Positions 1 through 14,876 of a stretch of 64,000 bases of DNA are shown here, one piece after another. Position numbers and translations under genes: made by a program. Location of the stretch: assembly GCF_036321535.1 (NCBI RefSeq), contig NC_087437.1, forward strand, positions 109,246,001 to 109,310,000. The letters are read 5' to 3'. The stretch's first letter is position 1, and each line of letters starts with the position of its first letter. A model generated the notes under the pieces. That model saw only the letters and a program-made list of their open reading frames with translations. It made no database searches and was not told the DNA's origin. The stretch is from Camelus dromedarius. Lineage: Eukaryota.

Positions 1-10
1 GATGACTCAC

Positions 11-261
11 CTGTTCAATATCGTTGTTCTTCCGTGATTTGTATATAAATTCTCCAATGGCTACAAATACAGAAAGGACCAGTCCTGCAGCCAGAACAAT
101 GAAGATACCTCCAATATTTTCGACTCCCAGAGCACTGGCCTCTTTGTTGTCTTCCTCAGGGCAGCCATTCCCACGCCACCACTTCTCTTTCATCATATGC
201 AGTTTCCCCTCTTCTTGTAACTGAAGAATAGCAATGGTAATTTTATCTCGGTAAGGAGAAC
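11..261 (-). CDS. GRIK1: GRIK1 coding exon (about exon 16), S2 end plus M4: (G)[83 protein letters not shown]
   Basis: 251 nt, phase 1/0; acceptor acttacag|GT, donor CAG|gtgagt; hand-translated. Alternative C-terminal exons lie beyond position 1. Confidence 0.97.
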
Positions 262-444
262 CTGTAAGTAAGATCATTTGGATATTGGTCACCAAAAGGT
301 TGAAGAAGATGCACAGAAGGTTTATTGTCTTAGAGGTAGCTACTTTATAGCTGTTGGAAAACCCCAATCCACAAATTGATCATCAAAGGGCATGAAAGTT
401 CAATCCTATGTATTTTCTGACACTTTCCTTGACTTTATTTATTT

Positions 445-585
445 TGTTATTTTTTAAATTGAACTGTAGTTGATTTACAACGTTGTGTTAGTTTCTGGTG
501 TATAGCATAGTGATTTAGTTCCTATTTCTTTTCCTATTCTTTTTCATCAAAGGCTATTACAAGATATTGAATACAGTTCCCTGTC
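445..585 (-). mobile_element. L1 3'-end fragment
   Basis: Poly-T followed by 'attgaactgtagttgatttacaacgttgtgttagtttctggtgtatagcatagtgatt', a typical laurasiatherian L1 3' terminus in reverse. Confidence 0.75.
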
Positions 586-869
586 CATCCTGTATTTTGA
601 ATAATTGGAAAGGAGAGAGCTGATATGTTGAGATTAATTCTTACCCAGACTGTCTGTTCCTTTTAAGTAAGAAAAAGCTGAGCTGGGAATTCCATAACAT
701 CCCTCTGCTTCTGGCGATTTGTTTTCATGAATCGTTTCCCACGTTAGGGAATTTTGTTGTGCAGATTCCACATTTTTCTAGGCTTTTGGTTGTCAAATAT
801 TGTGACAGCCTGGCTAGAGGAACATCAGTGCCACTTTCTCTGCTTCCTAGGAGAGTTGCTAGACATTTC

Positions 870-1200
870 CTTATCTCCTTTACAGTTCACTGTGGTGACT
901 GACCAATTTCTAGTCACTGAGAGCTAGGGCAATATATGACTATTTCCAGTCCTGTCTCATACATCCTCCCAACATCTCTCCCTCACTTTCCTCAGATAGG
1001 CAGCAAGGAGGAAAAGATTTTAAGTCACTAGCAATAGTGGAACCACTAATTAGGAAGGGCTTGGATCCCAGGATGACTGCATGAAGCAGAATCTCTCTTT
1101 CAACCCACAACTGTACCGTGAGGTCAAGAAATAAACATCTACTGTGTTAGCCATTAAAAATTTATAGATGTTGGTTATAGTAATTACTCCACTAACTAAT
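870..1200 (+). mobile_element. Old MaLR (MLT1-type) LTR relic
   Basis: 'agaaataaacatctactgtgttagccatt...gttggttatag' resembles an MLT1 3' portion; boundaries approximate. Confidence 0.45.
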
Positions 1201-4200
1201 ATACCTATTAAGATACTATTAAGAGTAGGTTTTAAATAATGTAAAAGTCTTACAAAATTCAGTTAGATTTAGAAAATTTGCAAGCACTTTATTGATATTA
1301 TTTATCCTCTATCTTCTAGTAATGCCAGTGAACTTTTGATTACGTTAGGGCTAAAGAACATCAACATCAGACTCCAGCAATAGCTTGCCCAGAACTGGGT
1401 TCTTAGGTCAATGATGCAAAGAAGAGATTAAAAAACAAAAAGACGGTAAGACTTCCTTACTCAATTTCTCCTTAGATGTTAAGAATTTTTGTTAGTGTTT
1501 CTTCTACTTTGTAGGAAAGTAGTAGACCATAGCTCTTTCTGTTTGTAAACTTTAATGTTCTTCTTGGTGGAAATAGAAAAATGCAAAAAAAAAAAAAAAG
1601 TAGTAAATAGAAAAATGTGGCATTTTAGAATCAGAAAAGATCCTAGGAGCCATATAGTCCAGACTACTTATTTAGAATTGAAGAATTTAGGATGCGAACG
1701 TATGGGTGAAAGTAATAGTTACTGGCAGAGGAAAGAATTTAACGTAATACTCCTTACTTCTCTTGGTGTTATTTCCTTGAAAGCTTCTCCCATTACCCAC
1801 TGTGTCACACAGCCCCTCCTCTCATATATCTTATGTTCTAGGGCATGGTTTAAGTTAGAAAAGCAGAGGATTAACATGATAACATTTGCCATTATTCTTC
1901 CATTCCTCCCAAGACTTCCTAAAGTCATTGTCGGACTCAAAATCAATTTTAAAAGAAGAGCAAGATGTTTTGGAGTCAGACTGTGGCTTGTCAATTAAGA
2001 CTATGGATTTTTTGGTGGGAAAATGGCTCTTGAAAGCCAAATTAAAAGATACTGACTGCTTGCTTAAACACCCCCAGAATAACGGTTAGTGTCAAAATTA
2101 GCACCATTTAACATACTTATAGCGTGTGAACAATTAAGTGAACCAGGAGAGCTTTACTTTAAAGTACATGAAAATAATTTAAAGAGTGTAAGAATGATCC
2201 GTACAGTAACATCTGCAGCAGGAAGCATAGCAGTATACACAGTGGGCACTCAGTAAATGTTGACTGATGCTCTCCTGCCTTCAGGCTGCAAGATGCCTAA
2301 AATACCTCAAGCAGACGGGGATCGGATCTCTGTTTCAAGCTGGTCTCTAAGGAAGGTAATTTCCAGCCTCCTGGTAACCTGTTTAAGCCTTAACTGCTCT
2401 CATTCTCTTCAAGTTTTGTTTTAAATCCCTCAGGAGGCACATATCCAGAGAGCTTCTGTCCTGAGCATCTCTAAGAAGCAAAGTCTTCAATTTAGTGTCA
2501 TGACTGAGCTGACTTTGCCAATCTTCGACCATGAGAAGGAGTTTGGAGCCTGAAGGGAGTCAGTCAGGGCAAGACTAGTAATATGTGGAGAATTTTTATA
2601 TCTGAATATGTTTTAGCTTCAATTTTTGTTGCTGTTGCTTAAATGGACTGAATGACATCGGAAGCAATTTATTACAAGTCACTTGAAAGAATATATACGT
2701 ATACACACAGATCTTCCTGAATAGCAACTGATCTTTCTTAAAGAGTCAATTCATCATAGAAGAAACATCTCACAAATTTATCCAACAGCTGTATTCCCAA
2801 TGGATGTATTCTCTCTGAGGTCTGCCATCTGTTCCAATTATTCCTTCATTGTTTTTGTTTTAAAAGCATGACAGGTTTATAACCACTATGAAAAATTCCT
2901 GAAGTGTATTTCTTTTCATCTAGGGAGGGGGAAAAATGCTTCAGCTTTGGAACTTGTATGTCAGATAATGCCTGAGGTTGGCAAAAGGTAGACTGAACTG
3001 GAACATTTAAATCTCTCTGTATCATATTATATAAGACATAGTGATACCCATCACAGGGTCAGCCTCATTCACATGAAGGGAGAGTCATTTTCAAAATGCT
3101 TCAATTCAGGAGTGTTGCAAAAAGAAGCACCTTGCTTCCTCCACATCCCTTATCAAAAATTTTACCTTTAGATTTATATTCCATTCAGTAGAAGAATATC
3201 CATTAAAAGTCTCCTATTAAAGTATGCATATTCTCAGAAGAAGTGATACACATTGTTATTTTTATCATTATTACCAGGCAGGAAATTCAGTGGGCAAAGA
3301 GAGGGTGTTTAATGGAAGTGGAGGTGGGGTTGTGGGGTGGAAGATGGAATAATAAAAGGACGGTTTTCAACTGTGTAATTTAGTCTCAAGATGGTGCTAT
3401 TAAGAAATTTTGCTTTTCTAAGAAGAGGCAGAATACATTACAATCATAAGGCCTTGATTTTGAAAAGATTCAGGCAAAGGCACCCAATCCTTGTGTTTTT
3501 GTCTCATGCATGGTCCATTTAACTAAAATCCATGGTGATGGGCTACAGAAAAATAACTGTCTAGCTTCTTCCACATTGTTATCCAAAATGAACGTGAAAA
3601 AGCTTGGTTAGGGAGATAGGCTATTATTTTCAAATCAAAAGGAAGCATAGTATCTTTTCAGTAGGTGTCTTAACAATCCCACTGAGTCTTCTGCAGAACA
3701 CACTGACTTAGTTATAGGAGAGACTACCACTTGGGAAAAAATATATATATACTTCATTTGCAATGTTGGCATTTTTATCAGGAAAAATTGTTGGGAATAA
3801 AGGGGCAAGAAGGTAGTCACAGGTTCGCTAGCCTAACCATTCTACAGATTTATTTGGAGGACATACATAACAACTATAATAATATAGTTAATTTCTTCAT
3901 AGCAAATATTTCTAACACCAGATAGAGCGCACGGAGTCAAATTGGTTATGTATTCATGGTAAGAGGTGAAGAGAGTTGACTTTTATTTGGTTAATCAAAT
4001 TAATATTGATCAATACTTGAACATGGACTACTTAGTCTTTTTTTGAAATAAATTTGCTACAATTAGCACATCAGGAAAGTTCACCAAAATCTGAATTTTT
4101 CCATGAAAAATAAAATATCTAATAACATTGTGCTCAAGTTCCCACATGTTTGCAACTGACTAGACCTGAAAGGCAGCTGCCCCTGTTCAGTAAGTCATGT

Positions 4201-5242
4201 TATGTCCAATTCTTCACAGTTGCTTCCATTCCCTACACCTCTTCAAACAAGCAGGCTTTATTCAATTATACCTGTTTGGCCTCTGTAAGCATTTGAGTTT
4301 GTGACCCCTGTCTGATGTAGAGTGTTGAACTAGATAATCCCCTTCAAAAAACAAAACTACTAATCTACCTTGGGTTTGTAATTATCTGATTTAACTCTGA
4401 CTAAGATTTCTTATTGGACCAGCCCAGTGGTCTAAGATGGCCTCCAGTTTCTCCTCGTTGGAATGCTTATCAGAAAATTACCAATGACTCACTTGAGAAG
4501 AGCAGATTGCCACCGTGTAAGAACTTACACAACACAGTTCCTGTAGTGAGGGAAATTGGGAGTTTTCCTAGAGAGGGACTCAGTCATTGTCCCTTGAATT
4601 CAGAATATAGGTCTGTATCCTAGACACGCAAGAAGACCTAGCTGTGTGGGTCTGTATGCCTACAAGGCAATAATAACCCCAGGGAGAATGGTGGTACAAA
4701 CTCAAGGAATAGGAATATTTACAGATTTTTAGATAGTTATCAGTGATTGAATCTAGCACATTACCAGAGCAAATTATAAGTTAACCTTTGTCTTTTTTTC
4801 TTTTGGCTGATATAGCTTTGCTTTTCCATCTACATGGAACACTTGCCCTTTAACTTCGTCATCTACATTTATTATTAATTTTGTTAATTTCCAGTACACT
4901 TTAAGATAGAAAAAACTCTATAGGCATGTGTAGGTACAGAAGAAAATCATGTGAAGATTGTTAATCAGGAAGATATTCTTTTAACAAAATTTGCCTGGGG
5001 TAAAATAACAAAATCTATATACTCAAACAAGTATGCAGTGGCAGAACTTGAAAGAAACAGTGAGTTGAAAGTTTATTAAATATCTTGGAATCTTCAATTC
5101 ATAATATGCCTCTGCTCTGTATGATCATTATTTATTAGCCCACTGAAGGCACTGTAGACCTTCTCGGGATGTGGAGCTGAAATCTCTGACTTTGTAATTG
5201 ACATTGCCCATCTCAGTCGGGCCGATACCTTGCCTCTCTTAC

Positions 5243-5468
5243 CGATAGGCGTTCCCACTCCATAACCTTTGGAGTCAATGAGGCCCCCGATCTGAGTGAG
5301 GTTGCAGTTTCTCTGCGTCACGTACTCAATGCTGGTAGACTCCATCAGCAGGGCGTAGTCGGTGGTGAGCACTCGTTGGATTCCCTCATCACTGTTTTTG
5401 ACCAGGGCAGTCTGTTGCCTGCTACTCATGAAAGCCCACATCTTCTCATATGTGGATATCTTTGATTT
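5243..5468 (-). CDS. GRIK1: GRIK1 coding exon (about exon 15), S2 domain: [33 protein letters not shown]...[10 protein letters not shown](G)
   Basis: 226 nt, phase 0/1; acceptor ccctgcag|AAA, donor G|gtaaga; ORF track 5094..5558. Confidence 0.97.
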
Positions 5469-8400
5469 CTGCAGGGAAATAGAGCATACCCACCAGCAGA
5501 GAGTGCTGAGAACACATGTCCTAAAGCTATTCAACACTTTCAGGGGTTCAAATAGCAAAGGAAAGATTTTTCACTTTAGGCAGGAAACCAACATTGATCC
5601 TGGGACTTCAGTTTGGTGGTTGAAAAGAGCCTGATTCACCACAGTAAAACACTTGGAAACACTCAGGCAACTATTGAGGAAATGAGGTCTTGCCCCATTT
5701 ATGTGAGACATTGCTGATTTCAGTAGGGAAGACAGAACATTGGTATCAATGGCAGCATTTGCCGAATGAACTGTGGCCACTTAAGAGCAAGTCCTCAAGC
5801 CCCACTGGGCCAAGGGCTAACAGCACATCCCAGGACTCTACTCACTTATTCCATGGCCCTTCAGCTACTTCAGTAAGCATTGTCTTCCTGTTTTCCAGCA
5901 TATAAGTTTCAATAGCTGATCCAACATTCGTTGGCAGGGAACAGCCTTGGGATAGATCACATACTTTCTGTGCTTTATTTATGAAAGAACTGCCAATTAC
6001 TCTTATCTTTTCTGGAAAACTTAGAGTACAAATGGTCTTTTCAAATTAAAATTCAGATCAGAAAACTCTTCTCACTGTATTAATATGCTTTTTTATGTAC
6101 ATGTTTAATTTTAAATGGCAATTATATTTTAGATAATGACTGAATTTTCATTTGAAATTGTTCTCTGATTTTACCTTTTCCCTTATTCTTCAGCTTTTCA
6201 ATAGACTCAGTAATAAACCATATTTATGATACATATTACATATGCATCTATACATTCCACTAATTATCTTACTTTCTTTGTTAAAACACACTAAGTTTTC
6301 ATATCGCTTAGGTATACAATTTTTATTCTTTTGAATAGTGATCTGTAAATAGACATTTTTACGTTTTATTCTGTAATTTCCATATTGGTCCAATTTTGTT
6401 CTATATTTGTCTTCATTTGTATCAACACTCCCCTCCATTTAGTTGGAAGATGAAAGACATTATGAGAATTACTGATAATTCCAAGCTAACTTCAGCTCTC
6501 ACCGTATATATTGGTGCACACACACAGGAGAGCTCCCTTGGCATGCACAGGGATTATCATCTCAGGAGGGCAAAGAAGCTTAAAACATGATTTGGGGCCA
6601 TAAGCAATAAATGGAATACCTGTGGAGTCACCTCTAGTATGGTTACTCATGCTCAAGTGTTCCTGGGGGCTCACTCAATTCCTAACTATATTTAAGATCT
6701 GGGTTAATGCTGTAGGCTTTATGAGTTAAAGGAGGACAGATGGCTTTATTTTGGATTGTTAGGCATTTGAAGAGCCCCTTGAGTAAGGTCTTGTGAGACA
6801 AACAGCAATTCAATAAACAGTACCTTATAGATACTGATATTTTATGGAAACCATTCTGTCATGATTAGGCTCCTGTGAATTACTCCTTATCCCCAGAAAT
6901 ATCTGCAAGTTGGAGCTCATGTCTCCATGCAAAAGCCATGTTTTTGAGGCTGGAGGTCAATGCCTCATTTGTTGAGTAATTTCAGCCTCGAAGAGTCTGA
7001 AAATGCTAAATTTTCAGTAAAGAGCTACTTGTACAAAGGCAGGATGGTCAGTCTATTGTTTTACGAATGCACTGCCAGGAAAACTACTCCTCCATCAGGA
7101 AACTACCTTAAGGAAAGATAATTTTCTTAGAATTATGAAACTTTAAGGTTCTCAGAGACTTTAGGAATTGGCTCATTCAAACTGCGGTTTTCACAGAGGA
7201 GGAAGTTTTGGCACAGAGGTTTGGAGACTTTATGAAAGTCATAAAACTACTTAGCTTCAGAGCTAATTCTGGGCCCCAGGACCCCTGACATCGAATTCAG
7301 TGCTCTTTCCACTGTACCGTGCTGATTTTGGGGAGGTGGATGTCGATCTTGCCAAAATTCTTATGAGAATGGTTTTAATCTTATTCGATCTACCTGTGAT
7401 ACATCATCTTATATTCATGAACTCATATTATGCCCTGAGATTGTTTGCTATTTGGTATCATGTTAATATAAACCAGGAGTTAGCTTCCACATAAAACATC
7501 CATGAAACATCTATTTTTTCACTGTATTTAAATTTTGTTGGAAATGAATGTGGTAAATACAATAGTTAGAAAGCTGGATTTTTTTTTTTAAGTCTATGGA
7601 AGTTGAGGACAAAACAAAGTAAATGACCTGTTGATTCATGGTGAACAGACAAAATACAGGGAGCCCTTTTAGGAATCCAGGAGTTGAAGGACATGGAAGA
7701 ACATGATAAGATTCAGCTCAAAACTTACATACCTGCTGTTGAGCCCTGTCAGGTGTGGATCGCAAATTATCTGTGGTGAAAGACTGTCTATGTTTTCATC
7801 CCATGGCAGACCTACCTGTGGTCCTACTACAGGGAACAAGCATACACTCACACCAGACGCGAATTCACCAGATAAGCACCTGACAGCCCTCAAAGAAGTC
7901 TATATTCAATGAGAAGTATCCATTAATCATGGTCTTGGTGCCACCACAATATTATTTAGAAAAGCTACAGTACTTCTAAACGCTTACTCTCAATTTCCTT
8001 TTTTAAAAATCACATCACAACTTGGTAACACAACGTTCCCTGAGTCAGCACACTCTTCACACAGCACTGCTCTGTGGAGCTGGAGGTCACAAATTTAATT
8101 CAACCACATTTACTTCTTCCCTTTTGGAGAAGAAGGTTGTTCTTGGCCTGAACTCCCTGAGGCGCTGGAGGGGAAATCTAGATCGTATGGAGTTTGAAGC
8201 ATTGAGAGCAGAACCTTTTCTCAGTAAGAAAACTATCAGTCACTAGGTGGAGGACTTGGTCAAGTTGAAGGTACAGGAAACACTCTAAATTTCTTTGACC
8301 TCCCCTCCTAACAATGGTAAACTTAATGGGGCAGAAAATAGCGCCCTTCTGTTTTCATTTAACGTTTTCTTTCGTCATTTAGAAATTTTGCTGTTGTGGG

Positions 8401-9439
8401 GATCCATTATATTCTACATTTGAAATTATAGACTATTTGAAAAGCTGGAGAGCTTAGATATATAGGAAGACCTGGAATTTGGCTAAGGAATAACCTTTTA
8501 ACAGTTAAAAATGTCTGTAGATGACTTAAGCACTTTAGGATATAGTGTGTTTTCTACCTCTGGAAATCTACAAGGAGAACTTCATGGTTGGGTGAGTTTC
8601 ACTCAAGGATCCTTCAACCCCGGGATTCTACTCTCTAAACCAGACTTTTCATATTGTTTATGCAGGTCCTGACTTCAGGGACAGTTAAGTGACACACAGG
8701 GATCACACTGGTTAGGAAAGAGCCAATACAGAGTCAGAGTCTCTTTCCTCCTTATTCCTGAGTTTTGTCCACTGTCATACCATGTTCTGTAATGTTTATT
8801 TTTTGTTTGGTCAAAAAAATTACTCTAAGAGTAATTCATTTAGATTTATTCCTTTTTAATAGATTATCTATTTTTAAGACACATACCTTAATAATTCTTA
8901 AAAATAGGAGCATACTTCATGGAACGTTATCATAACTATTAAAAGACTAAGCAAACTGTTTGAATGACAGTCTGGATGTTTTTGCATTTCTAAATCTTTT
9001 GTATTCTCAGCCTGCCAAATCACTCTAAATAATATATATTTAAAAAGAAGAAACGATGATTGCATCTTATTTCACTGAATATGCCAAAGGTTAATTAGAA
9101 TATTTGTAAGGTACTCTGAGCTTCTTATCACAAGTCACTAAAACTCATTTCTTAAATCTGAAATCATTCAGGTTTTTTTTTTTTTTTAAATCCTAGAGGC
9201 ATATCAGGTTTAGATACATTTATTTTGTCTGGTTAAACCTGATTAAGTGGCTATTCTGATGCTGATGAAACATTGTTGGCAAAGAATAACCATTTATTTC
9301 TCTAAAATCTGTTATAAGGGAGTGTTACTGTCTCACCATTCGGTGACCGTTGTTTATTTCTCTTTCTCTCCCATAACACACTCAAGTTAAACACTCAATG
9401 GGAAATGATTTGCAATGGGTCTCCATGTAGTTGAAGACT

Positions 9440-9680
9440 ACTTATTGAAAACAGTAATAATGACCAGTAATAACATGTGCAGGTCTTCCTGTGTGCCCAG
9501 GACTATGCTAAGCATTCTGTGTGTATTAATCTATTTGATCTTCACAGTGATCGTAAGGGGAAGATGCCCTGATGATTTCTCCTTCACAGGTGAGGAGACA
9601 GAATGCCACATAAAGAAATGGTGAAGCTAGGATCTCATCCCAGCAATATGCCTCCAGGGCTTGTGTTCTTAACCAACGGG
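9440..9680 (-). mobile_element. MIR SINE
   Basis: 'tgtgcccaggactatgctaagcatt...acaggtgaggagaca...' MIR core; boundaries approximate. Confidence 0.65.
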
Positions 9681-10302
9681 GAATCAACTGCTTGCTTTAA
9701 TGCACACGAACATGGAACTCATGGCTTGGCTAATGTTTTAACAGCATTGATGCACTTTCTGAAGAAGTAACTGCAGTGAGTAGCTGTGCTACCTTTCTGC
9801 TGCAAATTCTTGTGGTCATCACACGATGCGTGGGAACTATTTACAGGAGTCCAGCCAGCTTACCTTCGTTTAGACAAAAAATTAGACAGTGTTTTAGGAA
9901 GTGCAACAGTTGGAACCCAGAAGGAAAGGTAGATGTCGTTTGCATTTTTTCCTTTAACAGCATTTTGTATTTCACATAGTTCCATTGTTTTCAGTTGCAG
10001 GGTTCCTGCTATAACATGTAAAGTATGTGTGAATTCTGGAGTGTGATGTGGTCCTAGGACTGACAGAACCTCCATTTTATAGACACACCTCTCTAATATT
10101 TCATTTTTGCTGAGATAAGTGTCATTTATCATATTATTTCTTCAACTAGCTTATAGGCCTTCTACAGTGAAGATGTATAATCTAATTATTTAGTAAAATA
10201 AACAGCTGTGCAATTCTACTTCAGGCCAACATGTGTAAAGATTTTACATACAAATACCTGTTTATATATCTTTATTTTTAAATGTATCCATAACCCCCCC
10301 GC

Positions 10303-10307
<5 letters not shown>

Positions 10308-10334
<27 letters not shown>
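10308..10334. repeat. (CA)n microsatellite
   Basis: Directly visible. Confidence 0.95.
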
Positions 10335-10340
<6 letters not shown>

Positions 10341-12109
10341 CTGGGGATAGATTATTGATATTTGAACATTGTTGTCTTATCAAAAGTTGTCTTATAAATG
10401 TGATAAATACATGTATATTGAACAAATAAAATACCCCAAACAATTACATTTTAAAATCTCATCTCCAAGTCACTTTTACTTTAGATAAATCCTGATTTAA
10501 GGGAAAAAAAAACTTAAAAATCAATCAAAGACATGGAACTCAGCCATGCAGAAATCCGAACTTGTGAAGCAGGTACATCAGAGGTAACTAGTTGCTTTAA
10601 AAGCAACCGTTTCCTCTAATATATAATTAAATATATTATTTCATTAAATAATAAATTCTCATGGCTTTTCAAAAATTAATTTACAAAAATCATTTTGAAG
10701 GAAGCCTCTCAGTGAAAGCATTTATACTATAGTGAGGGGCATTTGTCTTTCAAATGTGTATAATAGGATCATGGCAGTTCATTATACTCTAATCTCGAAT
10801 TGATAGAAAGTTACATTTGCAGAATCCCTAAAGTATCAAAAAAAACACATGTTCCCTTAAAAAAATAACCTCTGTGATGTATAAACACCTTTGCTAAAAC
10901 ATGTTTCATGCTTTTCCCTGTTTAGAGTTAAACACTGATCCATTATAGGCAAGATACGAGGCTTTGAAAAAGGTTGACTTTAATTAACCTCATAGATTTC
11001 TCCCCAGGCAAGCACATTTTTAAGTCGTAAGAAGTTAACACTTTGGACATTGGTGGTAAAATTAACTGAATCTTTCAAACATGAGCTAATAACTCTTATG
11101 TGAAGAGCACCTTCCTGTGCAGAGATGTTTGTGAGATGTCTTTCATTTTGAGCTTTTTAGATGACTATTTCTGTCTGAAACTTGTCTCCCCATAATGGCT
11201 CATTGCTTCAGATCCACTGGTGCAGTGCTTAGTAACTTTCTTAAAATGTCTTTTGGGCTGACGGCAGCATCTAACCACTCCCTGGAAGGAGATTATATAG
11301 GTTAGAGAGTCCCTTATTCCCATAGCTGGTCCAGAATCCCTAGACCATGAAAGCCGGCAATGACAAGTCTGTTGTGATTTTTTAAAACTTATTTTATTCA
11401 AGTCATTTTAGACTGAATCATGATCTAATATGTGTAATACTCTGATTTGGGTCTGCGAGGACAGTGATTTGTTACAAGGTAAGTTTCTGCTGAGAAGCAC
11501 TTCTTAACATGAGCATTTTCTACCCTTCTGGCTCACAAGAACTTCTGGTGTTCACACCACTTCCTGTCTGCACAAGGTATGCTGCTTAATCATGTGTTGC
11601 GTTGTATTTAGCAGTCTTTGTGCATGTCTCTTTATTGCTATTCAGGCCTTCAAGCCTGGCACAAAATTTTCTGTCTTCCCATCTCTTATCTCTTATAGTG
11701 CCAACCTCAAGTACTGGCCATATTGGAGAGCCTGGAAAAAATATAAATTGAGCTGAATTAAGTTGAACTGCCTTGTTCTGCTTCTCAGCTGAATTCTAAG
11801 GGCAGCCTCACCATCTGATGCTTATCTACCATCTGGAAGTGGTTCTGCAAATGCTTGTATGCGCTCAGCAAAGCTTCCAAGGACTAAGGTCTATGGCCTG
11901 GCCTCTGAAAGTCTTTGAGATCTTGGACCCTGGCACTCATTCTGGAATTTTCTGTCCATTAGCAGAAGACACACCTTCCAGAGATCACTGATAGTACGGA
12001 AGCTGAACAAAGACCAAGCTAGAGCTTTTTAAATGCAGAAAGGTTGAAAAAGTAGGACTAACAGCTAGCAGTAAGGGCTGAATGCTAGTAGTGATGATGT
12101 TAGTGGTGA

Positions 12110-12355
12110 GAATTACAATAACAATTAACATCTTTTTCCTTTTTTATTTAATATTTTTATTGTTTACAATTTGCCAAGTAGTATTGTAAGTACATTACCT
12201 CTATTAAGTCATTTATTTCTTAAAATAATATTATGAGCTAGATATCATCAATAGACAGGGAAACCAAGGTGCAGACGGTTTAAATAACTTACGAAGATCT
12301 ACGTAGCTAATAAGCAGTTAAGTCAGAATTTGAACCCAGTTTATCTGTCTCCAAA
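12110..12355 (-). mobile_element. MIR SINE
   Basis: 'agacagggaaaccaaggtgcagacggtttaaataactt...agaatttgaacccag' MIR core. Confidence 0.65.
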
Positions 12356-14876
12356 ACAAAATTTTGCTGGAAGTTTTAATTTATATCACAGCATTTTATG
12401 TTAGTCCTATCTCCTGAGAAGACTGGGTGGTATCCACAATCTCTGAACAATGAATGAAAACCATCATTTAGCTTGGATGATGGTTTGCAAGAGGCATTGA
12501 GAAATCCTGTTTTTTTTTTTTTTTTTTTTTTCAGGTCTCAAATGATTCTTAGACTTTTACATGAAAATCCTTTCTTCATCTGGGGAAAAAATGTGAGTTG
12601 TTAAACTGTCACCGTGAGAACAAAGTTTGGACTATTCTATCTATCCATAAAGGTAACTAATAGGATTACAAGGAGGAAAAAAACCCAGAATTTTTGCACT
12701 TGTCTTACTTTCTTATGAGAGATGGAGAAACCTACTTCCTTAGTGCTCCATTATGAAAGACAAAGTCGTAGTTGGATGCCATTGCATCAACATTCTTGGG
12801 TAAAAAAGAGGAAATGGCTTTAGGAAAGCTATTCCCAAGTCGTGTTCACAGAGCTTGGCTGTGAACTGACCACTCTTTGTACCTCCAGAGATGCAGAGGG
12901 TGGTCTCAGAGAGGGGTGGCGGTGGGGGGTGGTCAGGGAAAACCTTTACCATTCAGGATTTTGAAACAATTGAAAGGACCAAGTAATTCAGCAGTGGAGA
13001 GCTGAGAAACCAATATAATTAGTATTATATTATTAATTAGCATTATCTCGAGTAGAAAATAAAAGGGAGCTTGTTAAAAAATTCTCTTAAATGAAGTCTC
13101 TTGAAATTCTAAATTATTAATATACTGATTTATAAAAAGATTCTATTTAATAATTGACGGCCTGATAAAGACAAATAAGTGGCCCCCTGATATTTGGAGA
13201 ATTTCCTAAAACATTTTCAACAGTCCCTGGGCAGTTAATAAAACATTCTGTCTCTCTTTAACTGTGACCTGGTAATTGGCTTACTAACCGACACCTTTGA
13301 CCAGACAAGCATTATATCATCCACGGTGCTTAGTACTTTAGTGCAGATGACCTCAAGAAATGTTTAATAAGCATCATTAACTGTATGACCTTGACCACAA
13401 ACCTTAAAGTTGTTCTTTTCTTTAAGGGCATTAGCTAGGATCTTGAGGTGTTCATCTATAAAGCTTTGTGAGTGTACGTGTAATTGAGTTTACAATGTAA
13501 CCCCAATTCTTTTGTGTAAATACAGTCCCTGGTGCTCAGTGTGGTTATTTCACATACAAATGACTCAATGAAGGAAAACTATTTTAACCTCCCTTGTCTC
13601 AGACATGTAGTATCTTGATCCAGCACTTGTTTAATAAATGCCAATTTATTCTTTCAGCCTTGCCTGAATTCAGATGATGGATAGTGAAACCTCACCTGAG
13701 CTATTAAAAAAAAAAATGTATTTTTCATGTTGAAAATCAAATGTCCCAAATCTGAAATATAAGAGCATGCTGTCTGCAAGATAGCAAAGTCCAAAAGAGA
13801 AAAAGTTAATGGCTTTTGATTGAAATTTTAGTGAGCAACTTATGGTCACACTTTTCAAGGTGAACCTTCACTAAAAACATCCCTTGCTCGTGGCCCAGAG
13901 ACCAAATGTAAGGGATCAGTGTATTTTATTTGTTCATGGATTTTGGTAACGTCTATAGTCCTTTCCTCTTTGCAAATGCCTTTTCATCAGCTGTAAAACA
14001 ATTTAGAATCGACTTGAAAGTAAAAAGACAGGCTTGCCATTTGAATATGCCAAAGGGATATTTTTGGGGCACTGGGGGGACAAAAGCACTTTAAATTATG
14101 CTCTGTGTGATGAAAAAAAAATACTTCTTATTTGAAGTTTCCTTGTGATTGAGTGTAGATGGGACCCATGTGAGCAAGGCTTATGCCCCAAGAGTGGATC
14201 AAAATGTGCTAGGTTAAACCAAGCAAAGGTAGCTAGCTTTCCCTATGGATTCAAAACCATAGAGAAGATACTGTCTTTGATTAAGAGAGAAAGGGAAGAT
14301 ATAAAGGCTGCTTTGATTGTGGCATTTAGAGGGAACCCTTGGTACTTGGAAATGTGAATCTGGAATCTGAACTGCGTCATCAAAGTAGTGATGGATTCAG
14401 TACTCCTCAACCACTCTCCTAATGATTGGAAAACAGCAAACAAAAAAGATATTCCTCTATAATGCGAATAAAATGTTTACAAAAAGAAAAAACAATAAGA
14501 GAGAAAGGGAGGGAGGAAGGCCTCCATGTCACTGCAGAGGTAACACATTAATGTAGAGCCAGGTCAGAACTAAGTCCTTGTGACTGTAGCTGCTGTCACT
14601 CACTGACAGGGCTGAACTACCCACAGAGCTAAGAGGCTGGGATGTTGCTTTCCCTTGCAGAATAATCCGGCTTAAGAACCCTGAGTGTGTATCCCTCTGA
14701 AGCTTTCTGACAGCTTGCCTCCCTCCAGGGGAAAACTAAATCGGATTTAGTCCTTGTTCTCTTCTTGCAAATAAATTCCTTCTTGATAAATATGGTTGCT
14801 GGGTTACAAGCTAACTTGTAAGTCGAGGAACATAGGGATAGTGTCTCTTCCCCTGTGGATCTCTATGTATCCTTCC

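Noticed and set aside
1..10. Possible read-through of the last visible donor (GTG AGT CAT, V-S-H) giving an alternative C-terminus
   Set aside because: The window ends after 10 nt, so it cannot be evaluated.
1555..2089. Cluster of overlapping ORFs up to 147 aa
   Set aside because: Intronic, runs through a poly-A tract, no recognisable domain or splice structure.
12458..12486. Perfect 10-bp inverted repeat (aaaccatcat/atgatggttt); similar 9-bp one near 51672-51697
   Set aside because: Short stems of this size are expected by chance in 64 kb of AT-rich DNA.
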